Positions 13,490 through 25,110 of a DNA stretch of 64,000 nucleotides are shown here, one piece after another. How positions within the stretch are numbered: position 1 is the stretch's first letter; the number at the start of each line of letters is the position of its first letter. The position numbers were made by a program, and so were the translations under genes. The DNA is taken from assembly GCA_050084985.1 (NCBI GenBank), contig JBITNC010000001.1, positions 142,910,001 to 142,974,000 of the forward strand, written 5' to 3'. This DNA comes from Nageia nagi (lineage: Eukaryota > Plantae > Pinophyta). The notes under the pieces were generated by a model, which was not told the origin of the DNA, did not search any database, and saw nothing but the letters and a program-made list of their open reading frames with translations.

Positions 13490-14517
13490 TGTAACATCCC
13501 TTTTGTACTATATAAAAATAATGTAAGAGCTAAAAGGGATGTATTAATAACATCCCTTTTGGAGTCTATTTTGTAGTTTGATTTGTGGTTTGTTTTGTAT
13601 AACTTGGGATAGGAATTAATTGGTCCATGGACCCCATTGTGAGCCCCTAGTGGGACATATCCCTCCCAAGTATAGAATATGATATATTAATGTACTTAGA
13701 GATCTCAAACTTGATTGTGGGAATCCTAAGAGATTTTATACATTAATTAGCTAGGATTGAGGATTGCATACTTGTGTCAACCTTGGATAGTCTCTTAGAC
13801 CCACATTGATCATCTCATTCTCTTAGGCTTCCACGCATGACACCAAGACCCATGTGCATATGTAGGGCCCTTATAGACCCTACAGTAGCATTTATGGTAT
13901 CCAAGAATCCCATGTTGGCATGTCTAACACCTAAGCACCCATGTTGGGCATCTTGGGCCCTCTAGAGGCTAACATTGGGGCCTTAGAGCTTAGTGATGAT
14001 TCTAAGGTGAGATCCAAGACTTAGTCAAGAGTATAAGAAGACTTGGAGGCTCATTTGATGGAAAAACTTGATTATTATACATTTACACTTCTACATCATC
14101 CAATGGACACACTACTATCCCATGTCCATCTAGTAACATCAGGAGAGTTTGTTTAACCTAGTTTAGCTCCTATGAGGCTGATGTCAACCCTTTGGGCTTG
14201 GTTTTGTATTACTTCTCATTGTTTATCAATAATATAAGTCATGGGTATTAGATCTTAGTATTTATGTGTTGTTATGTCCATCTTATGCATAAGCTGAGCT
14301 AGTATTATTATGGATTATTACAATTGGCCATTCATTGGCATTGTGTGATGTATCTATGCTTAGGAGACCTATTTTTGGTATTATTTAGGGATATTATGCT
14401 TGTCAAAATCCAATGTTGGAACTTTAGGGTTTGAATTATGAAATTTGGATGCCCTATTTTGATTTAATTATAATTGAATTTGTTGATATTTTCTTGAGAT
14501 TTATTTAGATCATTATA
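13490..14517 (+). repeat. 5' LTR (1028 bp)
   Basis: Collinear with 17481-18710; terminal CA mutated to TA. Confidence 0.93.
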
Positions 14518-14518
14518 G

Positions 14519-14530
14519 TGGTATTAGAGC
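14519..14530 (+). promoter_or_regulatory. Primer-binding site for tRNA-iMet
   Basis: TGGTATTAGAGC, one C>T change from the canonical TGGTATCAGAGC, 1 nt after the LTR end. Confidence 0.9.
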
Positions 14531-15246
14531 TTAGATCTGGTTAGCCTATGAATGAGAATAGTGGTTCACTAGTACTACACCAAATCTTACAAGAAAGAGA
14601 TGGTGTTTGGAAGGAGGGGTAGGATTCATATGACTAGGAAGAAGGGTCGAGGAACTAGATGATTGAGCCATTACACAAGGAGGAAATCAAAGAAGAAAGT
14701 ATTGTGTAGAGAGAGAGAGAGCTAAATTAATTAGAAGGAGAAGCCCTACACCTGTTCAAGATTCCATGCCTAAATGAAAATTCAATGAATTAATATTTTC
14801 CATCACCAGCATGATAAGAGCTATCATAATGATGTAGTAGCAGTTGAATCAACATCTAAGAGTTTGTATAGAGGAAGAAATGAGAGTGATCCCCCCCACA
14901 TCACACTCAAGAAGATAGAAGGGAGTGAAGTGAGGAGGATCAGGAGGAATAGAGCATGAGGATATCTTAGAGTTTGAGAGATCAAGAGTCCACACATCAT
15001 GGATCTCTAATTCAACAAGAACCTACATTTGTAACATCCCAATCATAATAGATGCAGCAAGGTACTAACCCTCTCCTAGGGAAGTACTTGGAGGAAAATA
15101 TTGGTAGGGTTGGAAAGCAATCCATTATTCCATAATCGTTTAAGCTTATGTTTGTCAAGATATCAAGAGAGAAGACAAAGAATAGAGTTCTTGGACCTAA
15201 AGAATTGAACTAGATCTTCAAGGAATACACATCATTAGATCTAGGG

Positions 15247-16580
15247 TTGAGAAGGGATGTGGATTTCAATAGTTACTTGGAGTTGTTAGGATTGAGAGGA
15301 GGGAAAACTCACTCTTCCCACACCCCTAGAAATGCACATTCAGATAGAAGAGATCTACAACATAAGATTGATAAGTTGCAAGTGCTGATGTATGATGGAA
15401 AAAATATGATGGCTAGGGCTTGGCTATATCAAATGCAAACCTATTTCACTTTAAATCTAAACATGGATGAGGAGGAAATAATCCACTTTACCACATTACA
15501 TTTTAAAGGAGATGCATTGGAATGGTGGTAACATGGGGTGATCATCCAAGGATATGCAAATGGCTCTTCATTCAATGAGTTTTCCAAGAAGTTGGCAAAG
15601 AGATTTTACAGGAAGAGGGCAAATGATTACTTCTAGGACCTAAAAATGTTAAGGCAATAAGATACAATGGATGAGTATGTGATCAAATTTCATAATATTA
15701 TTATCATGATCCATCAAATTTTGAAAGAATGATTAACATTTATGTTTGTTGAGGGGTTGATGGAGCCACTACAAGGCATGGTCAAGGTATCCTCTCTAAG
15801 GAGCCTTGATGATGCAATTCATTAAACTTATGATTTTGAGCTGATCATGAAGAAACTTAGAGGAGGGTTAGAACCAAGAGGAGGATATGTAAAAAAGTCA
15901 TTTCTATATAAGGAAAGGTCTAGCAAGGTCAAACCATATCCCCCATCACATACAAACTAGTTGGACATAGATACAAGAAGGAAGTTGAGAGATGAAGGGA
16001 AATACTTCTATTGCAAGAAGCATTGGGAGTCAAGGCACCATTACTTGGGAAAAGAAAAGGTGCACTATATTAAAATATTTTTAGAAGAGGGTTTGGATGA
16101 TTCAAATTTGGATGTAGGGGTGAACACATTTGAACAAGGGTCAACTAGGGTGAAGGGGACCTTGGGAAGCATGATCACTTCTTTGCATGGAGTGAAGAAG
16201 AATTTGACCCTAAAGATCATAGGATAGGAAGAATGATAAGATGTCATGGTTTTGATTGATCTGAGTACTTCTCACAATTTCATTGATACAAGGTTTGTAG
16301 AAAAGAAGAATCTAAAAACAAAGGGGTTTAGAGGATCCCAAGTTTCCAATGCCAATGGGAAACTCACCATTATGGATAACATTATGGAGAGATTTGGGGT
16401 TCAATTGCAGAGTTGCATGATTAGGGAGGATGTATACCTTTACCCTTTCAAGATCATCCTCATACCATATTATGAGTGCAATGGTTGTTTGATATTAGGG
16501 ACATTCATACAAATTATCAGAAGCTCACCATGAGCTTTGAGATTGAAGGGAAGCTCACACATTACAAAAAATCAGGGATG
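15247..16580 (+). pseudogene. gag, zinc knuckle and aspartic protease, decayed
   Basis: AWLYQMQTYF...LHFKGDALEWW; RDEGKYFYCKKHWESRHHY (knuckle); VLIDLSTSHNFID (LIDSG.THNF-like protease site). Confidence 0.88.
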
Positions 16581-16740
16581 ATTACCCCCAAGTGGAGAAC
16601 AAAAGGCTAGAGATGATTGAATGGTGCCATAAGGAGGTAACTGAAGGAGGACCCATGTTGGACATGAAGGAGACTTGGCATCCCATTATACATTTTGAGA
16701 GACTAAGGAAGAGGATGTCAGGATTGAAGGAGCTTATTGG

Positions 16741-17100
16741 CCTCACATTGCATCTTGAGAGGATATCATGGCCTACATTGGGTTTGGGGAAGCCTAGGAC
16801 CCCCACATTGGATGAGGATGGGGTTTACCATCCCATGTTGGTATAAAAGAGTTAGAGTAGCCTATATTGAGCATTAGGTTTGCTATGTACCCCATGTTGG
16901 AGATGGAGGAGCTAGAACTAATCATGTTGAGCCTATATGTTGTTGTGAGACACACATTGGAACTAGAGAAGTTGGAACACTTTATATGGAGCATTGGAAG
17001 GTTTGGACATCCCACATTTGGCCTTGGGATGATGGAGCACCTCATGTAGAGCATTGGAGATCTTGTGTTACCCATGTTACACTTGGATGGAGTTTAGCAT
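16741..17100 (+). repeat. Degenerate 30-bp-period array with a conserved CCCAYRTTG core (about 12 units)
   Basis: Core recurs at 16741, 16771, 16801, 16831, 16861, 16891, 16921, 16951, 16981, 17011, 17041, 17071. Confidence 0.8.
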
Positions 17101-17467
17101 GAAGATTAGAGCTTGGAAAAGCTCTACCACTTCACTTTGCATCTGGGAGGAGGATGTTGGATGGTGATGAGCCAAGGAGCATTTTGATGTATCACATTAG
17201 GGAGTAGAAACGATTCATGCATATTGATTTCAGCCAGAGGAGTTGGAAACCCCATGTGGAGTAAGATCAAAGAATGGACTATCATAAGGAGCTTGGACTC
17301 CACCCATTTACACTCACTCTTATTTTCATGGTTGCAGGTACTACACTCTAAATACAATATTGCTTGGCCCCATGGTGAAGAGTTTCAAATTGGGACATCT
17401 ACACCAAAGGATTCTAGAAAGAAAATATATTATGATCTTCCACCATTACTTGACAGTAAGCAATCTC

Positions 17468-17478
17468 AGGAGGGAGGA
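17468..17478 (+). promoter_or_regulatory. Polypurine tract
   Basis: AGGAGGGAGGA, 2 nt before the 3' LTR. Confidence 0.88.
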
Positions 17479-17480
17479 TT

Positions 17481-18710
17481 TGTAACATCCTTTTTTGTAC
17501 TATATAAAAATAATGTAAGAGCTAAAAGGGACATCTTAATAACATCCCTTTTGGAGTTTATTTTGTAGTTTGATTTGTGGCTTGTTTTGTATAACTTAGG
17601 ATAGGAATTAATTGGTCCATGGACCCCATTATGAGCCCCTAGTGGGACATATCCCTTCTAAGTGTAGAATAGGATATATTAATGTACTTGAAGATCTTGG
17701 ACTTGATTGTGGGAATCCCAAGAGCTTGTATGCATTAATGAGCCAAGATAGAGGATTACATGCTCGCGCTAGCCTTGGGGAGTCCCCTAGACCCCACATT
17801 GGCCATCCCATAATATTAGGATTCTACGCATGATACCAAGATCCATGTGGGCATGCATGGTCCTTCTAGACCATGTGCTACAATTTATGGCACCCAGGAA
17901 TCCCATGTTGGCATGCTTGACACCTAAGCACCCACATTAGGCATCCTAGGCCCTTTAAAGGCTAACATTGGTGCCTTAGAGCCTAATGATGATTTCAAGG
18001 TGACATCAAAGACTTGGTGAAGAGTATAAGAAGACTTTGAGGCTAATTTGATGGACAAACTTGATTATTATACCTTTACACTTCTACATCTTCTAGTGGA
18101 CAAAACCTTAGCGAAGCTCTAACTATATTCCTTAAGTGGAGCACCTAAGAGGGTTATCAAGCAGAGGGATCTTGGAAATATATGGAATTAATGGAGCACC
18201 TTTTCCCATCCAATGGTATCTGAGGTGGATTCTCTACCACTCACATGGTTATCTAGATCTGAGGAGGACCCCTTTAGTGAGGAGGAGTCAGATTGTGAGG
18301 AGGTGCTACTATCTCGCATCTATCTAGTAACATCAGGAGAGTTTTTCCAACCCAATTCATCTCCCAAGAGCTAGCATCAGCCCTTTAGGCTTGGTTTTGT
18401 ATTACTTCTCATTGTTTATCAATAATATAAGTCATGGGCATTAGATCTTAGTGTTTGTGTGTTGTAATGTCCATCTTGTGCATGCATTGAGCTAGTATTA
18501 TTGTGGATTGTTGTAATTGACCATTTATTGGTATTGTGTGGTATATCTATGCTTATGAAACCCATCATTGGTATTATTTAGGGATATTGTGCTTGTGGGA
18601 ATCCAATGTTTGCACTCTAGGGTTTGAATTATAGAATTTGGATGCCCTAGTTTGATTTAATTATAATTGAATTTATTGATATTTTCTTGAGATATGTTTG
18701 GATCATTACA
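17481..18710 (+). repeat. 3' LTR (1230 bp)
   Basis: TG...CA; contains ~200 bp (about 18103-18304) absent from the 5' LTR. Confidence 0.93.
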
Positions 18711-18889
18711 CTCAGCATTTGAAGTGTTCCTTAGAATAGTTTGTTTCATGTTTCTTTTTTTCTTCGCTATGATCCCTTCTTTGCTATAATTTCTTTTTTA
18801 CACCATATTTCCTATAGCTTCATCTAATATCATTTCAAACTCCATTGGATATTCATTTCCTAAATTGGTAGCTTCTGTTACCATATTAT

Positions 18890-21800
18890 CAATATTATTA
18901 GGGGACACATCCCCTACTTTTTTCCATAGTTCTCCATCCCTTATGTCCTAAGATTGGAGGATTCCTCATGGGATGTTTCCCAACTATCTCCTTTTTTAGG
19001 TGTATGGTGGGGACATCCTTGGGATGTTTTTTTATAGTCTAGGGATGTTTCCCATTAAATGTGGCAAAATGGGATATCGAGGGGATGAGAATTCATCCTC
19101 GAGGATAATTGGGGGATGGTTTCTTGTCCTCCCATCCTATATGATTACTATTGGACACCAAAAGAATAAAAAAATCTCACTTATTTTATAATTTTTTTAA
19201 TCTATCTTAGGAGGGTGGGTCCCACAAGGATATCCATCCCCCAAAACCTAAAAATATGTTTTTATAATCATATTGAAATCATTTTTCATTTACAATACCC
19301 TCCAAAAGGAAAGAAGAGTAGTAGTGAGAAGAAGAGAATGAAATCAAGGAGTGAAGAGTAGTATTGAGGTAAGTTTTTCTTCTATTTTATTTTCCATTAT
19401 AAGTCTCTTGTGGTTTTAGTATTTTAGCTTTTATTTTATCTTCCATTCCAAGTTTTCTTTCATGTCTATTGTTGGAAACTTGGAAATAATGAAGTAGGTG
19501 GTTGTTAGTGATTTTTTAATTTTTTTCTTATTCTAACAGGTATCTAAGGGACTATTTGATAGTAGAATCTAGATTGAATGTTTGTATTTTCAAATTTGAA
19601 ATTATGAGCAGCCATGAAAAGGGTTTTCAATCTAAGGAAGTAAAATTTTAATCTCATTCTAAAAACCAATAAAGACCTTCTCAAATTTCTAGTTAGTAAC
19701 TCTAATTATGATTATCCATCAGCAATGTTGAGAGAATATGATAAGGGTCCTTACAATCAAAGAAAAATCACTTTTGCAATTTATCATAAATCTTAATGTT
19801 AAAAAATAAATTAGGGGGTACAAGAAATTGGTTATGTCATTTTTGTAAAACCAAATTTCAAAGAAACTATACTAGGGTTGAATCTCATTTGATAAACAAA
19901 TCAAAAATAGGGTTTAGAGCTTGCAAAGGCATGAATCTTCTTCAAGTGGTTGAAGCTAGTAAGTTGGTGCAAGATTCCAAAGTTAAAAGTTTAGGATCCT
20001 TTGTACTTGGCCAAACTTCTAGAGCTAGCAATGTGCATGTAGACATCTCAAGTTAACACACTCAAGCTTCAAATATCCCACCACATCCCTTCAAGGAAAG
20101 AGCAATTACTGATATATTTAATGTGCAATCAATGGAAAAAACATATGATGCTATTGATTTTATATTTTATGCACATGGGATTTCTTTTCATCTTGTAAAT
20201 CCCCCTTATGTGAAGGATGCATTTAAAAAATATACCAAGGAAGGCCCTTCATATCAGTTTCCTTCTTATGATAAGCTTCATACCACCCAATTGGAAAAAC
20301 ATTATGCAAAATGCAATTTGGATAAGAAACATATGATGGAGACATGGTTGAGGTTTGGGTGTTCTATTGTCATGGATGGGTGGACTGATAGACGTCATCA
20401 TCCACTTGTCAATATTATTATTACATCTATATCAGGTAATTAGACTATAAACCTTGTTTATTAAATTATAATTTATATTATTATTAATTTATTTGTATTA
20501 AATACTAACATAGTGTTTTACTTATAAATTTTTTTCTTGTTTGACATTTGATTCATTAAATTTTTTGTCATCAAGTCCTTATTTTCTTCAAGCTATTAAT
20601 ACCTTGAGGGGAAAAAAGGATGTCGAGTACATGTACCTAAAGTTGAAGGGAGTTGTTGATGAGATTGGAGCTACCAATGTTGTACAGGTAATCAATCTTT
20701 AATTTTAACTTTAGTTTTTTCCTTATGAAATTTATTTTATCATGTAAAATTGTAAATCATAGCAAAGCATTTTGTTATGTACTATAGATGATTATTGATG
20801 CGGTCCTATTTGCAAGAAAGAAGGGAAAATGATACAAAATAGTTATAAACATATTTTTTGGACCTCGTGTTGTGTTCATGCATTGAACAACACATTGAAA
20901 GACATTGGGAAGATACCTTGGGTGAAGGATCTAGTATTTGAAGCAAGAAAGTTGCAAATGTTCATTTGCAACCATCACACATCCTTAGCCATATTTTGAT
21001 CATTCTCAAAGAAGGAATTCATCAAGCCAAGGGATACAAGATATGTCATCTAATTCATTTTATTGGAGAGGATGATTGAGGTGCAATATGCTTTTCAAAA
21101 CATGGTGATATGCACAAAGTGGGAGAGGTGGGATGAATCAAAGATAGGGGAGGGAAATAGAATCAAAGATAAAATATTAAATGAAAGATGGTGGAATGAT
21201 GTCAAGTAAGAAATTTTCAAATTAGAAATGTTAAAATTAGTTTTAAATTAGATTGTTCATTGCTCATATAATCTAAGTTAATTTTTTTAATTTCTTGTAG
21301 GTATATTTTGTCTTTCATAAGCTCAATCATTTTTGTTATCATACATGTTGATACAAGTGCTCCTAATCTAGGAGAGATTTATGAGACATTTGATAACATG
21401 TTAGGGGAGATGAAAAGGATGATTTGTGAAAAAGATCAATCATTGTATGAGAGACACATTAGACCTATTGTACAGAAGAGGTGGGATAATATGAACTACC
21501 TTTTTCATATGGTAGCTTATGCAGTAAATCCAAAGTGGTATGAGCGTAGGCCTAGGAGAGTGCCTTCATATGAAGATATAAAGGAGATTTATTTTTGGAT
21601 CAAAACTCATTCTAACTTAAAATTTTGTATTTCATGTAAATTTTACGTAATTTATTTGCATGTAAATATTAAATCTTAACTTTGTCTTTTCTATTGATCA
21701 AGTAAGAAAAGGGTTTATGGTTGCCCTTGACAAGATGTATGCCATAGAGGAGGCCTCAAGAGTTAGAGATGAATAGCTCAAATTTGTGACTCTTAGTGAG

Positions 21801-22687
21801 CCTTTCAACCATTCAAAAGCTATATAGTATAGGGATATCATTTTCTAAAGAGATCCCATTGGATGGTGGATGCTATACAAAAATGATACACCAAATTTGT
21901 AATTTATTGCAATTAGGTTGCTAGTTCCTATGTTGCTGAGAGGAATTGGTCCACTTATGGATTTGTTCACACTTTGAGGAGGAACAAACTTACATATCAT
22001 AGAGCGAAGAGGCTAGTTGCAGTGCATATATCTCTTCACCTCTGTGATAGAGTTAGACAAATTATAAGGCATCTCTAGATGCATGATGGGATGTTGATGT
22101 AGAGGATATGACTCAATATGAGGATGATGAGGACCAACAAGATTTGGTTGGAGTTCAATTGAATGATGTTTCTTTGGATGATGAGAGTAGCTCTTTAGAT
22201 GAAGACATTGATAACGATGCTGATAGAGAGGGACTATTTTATGAGTCGATAAGCTCCTAGTTTATTGTTTTAGTTTTTGACATTTTAAATTATTTGACAC
22301 ATTCATGTCAAAGACTATGTTTTTGGGCCTTAACATATTCAAACTTTATTACATTATGATTATTGACTGTGATTATTAGACTATTTATGGCTCACATTTA
22401 TTTATCATTCATGATTCAAATTTTTTATTTTTAAAGAATGTTACATGTTTGAATTAGTCCTTTAATGAATCAATAATGCTAATGATGAATGAAACATTGA
22501 AACTATAACTAATAAGTAATATTTACTTTAAAATTTTCTTAAATCTAAAAATTCTAAACACTTTTTAGTGTATATATACTTGTCGTCCCCCTCATGTTTC
22601 CTAAAATTGGGTCATCATCCCCTATTGTCCCTAGAGATTCATCCTGGCATTTCCTCATCCCCCATCCCCCAATCCTTGACAACTTTA
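18890..22687 (+). mobile_element. Full-length hAT DNA transposon
   Basis: 8-bp TSD CATATTAT (18882-18889, 22688-22695); decayed TIRs CAATATTATTAGGG / CCTTGACAACTTTA; subterminal GGGGAC/GTCCCC-like motifs; transposase inside. Confidence 0.9.
19604..22252 (+). pseudogene. hAT transposase pseudogene (BED finger, DUF659-type DDE core, dimerisation domain) with introns
   Basis: WLCHFCKTKF...ESHL (BED), GCSIVMDGWTD, WTSCCVHALN (CxxH), DPIGWW, AERNWSTYGFVHTLRRNKL; introns about 20436-20574, 20688-20787, 21206-21300 and 21587-21701 restore the frame. Confidence 0.9.
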
Positions 22688-24982
22688 CATATTATCTTTA
22701 CCTGTTCCTACTTCATCTTCTTCTAACTGAGCATCTTCTATCAACTCACTCCCTTCAAAGATTTTTAGTGGTGTGTATGGATTTCTTTTGTCTATACCTC
22801 AGTTTGGACTCATCTTTGGTTGTTGTTCTCCTCCATTCTTTCCCTTATGGGTCTTATTTATATTGTTAGTGTGATTTTTACGCTTATGATTCAATTTTTG
22901 AACTTGTGACCATCCCTTGTCCCTGCTTTCGAAATCCTTGGGGTCCTCCTTTGAAGGGGAGGATTCAAGTTTCTAGGTTTTTGAGGGCATTCCTTAACAT
23001 AATGGTAGAAACATCCTTATTTAACTCCAATATTGTAATTAATTTCCTTATACCACCCTTGATTAGTTTGGAACTTAATAATAACTCACTCATATACCTT
23101 TGATTATGAAACAAACATCTAAAAATTTAATATCCATGTATAAATACACTACCACATATCACATTTCCAATTAACATTATATAAGCATCATCCAATGCTC
23201 AATCAATCCTATATAAAGCACTACGATCAAATTGAACATCAATTGTTACTGTTCATATTATACAATGCATTCATTGTTTTAAAGTTATCCATTGTGTATT
23301 CAAATAATTATATTTAGATGCATTGGTTGTTTTAAATTTATATATTTGTTGTTTTTAATTTATATATTAGTTGTTTTAAATTTTTAATATAAGTTTGTTG
23401 TAAACATTAATTTCTAACTTGTTATATTATCAACGGCCAAATAGTTTATAATCTATAATATTGATAATATAATAATTTTGAAAACTCTAAATTTTTTGAA
23501 AATGATATCTCTTAGTGTTTTTTGATATATAAGGAGTTATATCAAAGCTAGATACATTTTTATGGAAGGAAGGTCATATGTTAATGATAAATTGTTTATG
23601 TCTATGCCTAAAAAATGACTAACCCATACATAAGGGACAGATCTAACAAATGAAAAGTTATAGACATGAATTTTAAGGTTTAATCTAACAAAATAATACC
23701 GAGTAATTATTTCTTTCATATGAATTTGTTTATACAATAGATAGATGTTTACTTCATTACAAAACATTGAGATAAGGATTAACTCAACTTTTATTTGATT
23801 AATAATCATTTCATATGTGTATCACAAAGTAAGAAACTCCAAAATCCCTTTAATAGCAAATTACTATGGTTCAAGACTAATTACCAATCTACATGTGATT
23901 GCCACATACTTTAGCAGGACAAAAATTGTTTCAACCACTTGAGATCAACAAGAAAATTTGATTCCGTTAACGCTATGTATAGATCATTACTATAGTTCAA
24001 ATATAATAACAGTAGTAAATCTTTTCAAAAGCAAAATCACTTGCAAACGCATCAGATATCACAATTATATGTTTTCCAGGTAATAATGAACTTAGTCCTG
24101 CTCTCACAATGATATACTCATCTCAATAGTACATTAAACACCGTTGATATGTAAATAGAACAACTTCAAGATGGAATTCGATGTGACAGAGAGTAATAAT
24201 TTGTAAAAAATAAGCCTACAATGGGTTAAAACCTCACTCTCAAATGGTACTACGAAAGCTTAGAGCATTGTTTGGCTGGTTTAAAGGCCTTCAACTTTGT
24301 CACAATTAATTTTTTATAAAAAAGCCTACTACTTCGATACTATCTCTACCTACTCATACAAGCAAACTCCACTCATATTCTCAAAAGTCTCTTCATGGAC
24401 AAAAGTTATTGCTATTTGTACATACAAAGCTAAGTTAAAATAGAATCAGGTTTCCTGTCTAGGCATCTTTGTAATACTCTTCATACTCGATACCATCCTT
24501 GCTTCTCCTACACTAAAGATCAGCAAAAATAATTACCTATGAAGCCAGAATGAACATCCTACATATTGTGATGTATTTTCATCTTTTTTTGCTCTTTGAA
24601 ATAGGTCGTTGTTCAGATGTGCTCCCTTGTCTTCTTTTAACTCCCATGTCTTTCATCTTAGGTTCCACTTGATAAGCTTCCAACCTTCAGGTAGCACATA
24701 AAAGGATTAAAATCTAGGCTACAAGTGATTGTGCACCTTAGTTGAGTCATCACACAATGGTGTTTAATGTACTCCTAAACATATGGCTCTAATATATCAA
24801 TAACCCCGTCATAGATTAGATGTTATATGACAAAGTTATATCTAGAAAATACATGCCACTCATTTGTCAACTCATTTCCTGCGACCCCTTGGACAATAAA
24901 TTTTTTTCATAAGAACAGATGAATCTTGAAATGGACCACTCTATTCCCCCTCTATAAACAATGCAGTTTCGGTTTCTTAGTT

Positions 24983-25110
24983 ACCAATGGAACCTCACTC
25001 GATGAACATAACCTTTTCATTTAATTCTGAACTGGTTCAGACAACCAAAAGTACTCACTGGATGAACATAACCTTTCCATTGAAGTCTGAAGTCGTTCAG
25101 ACAACCAATG
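24983..25110. repeat. 60-bp tandem duplication (two units plus a partial third)
   Basis: CTCACT.GATGAACATAACCTTT.CATT.AA.TCTGAA...GTTCAGACAACCAA repeated at 60-nt spacing. Confidence 0.85.

Larger units (their letters stand above)
13490..18710 (+). mobile_element. Complete non-autonomous Ty3/gypsy element with gag and protease only (TR-GAG-like)
   Basis: LTRs 13490-14517 and 17481-18710 (TGTAACATCC...GATCATTA[T/C]A); perfect TSD CTCAG (13485-13489, 18711-18715); PBS and PPT present; no RT/RH/INT in the 2.96-kb internal region. Confidence 0.93.

Noticed and set aside
16741-17100. CRISPR-like repeat-spacer array
   Set aside because: The core is only ~10 nt and degenerate, there are no cas genes, and it lies inside a plant LTR element; reported as a periodic repeat instead
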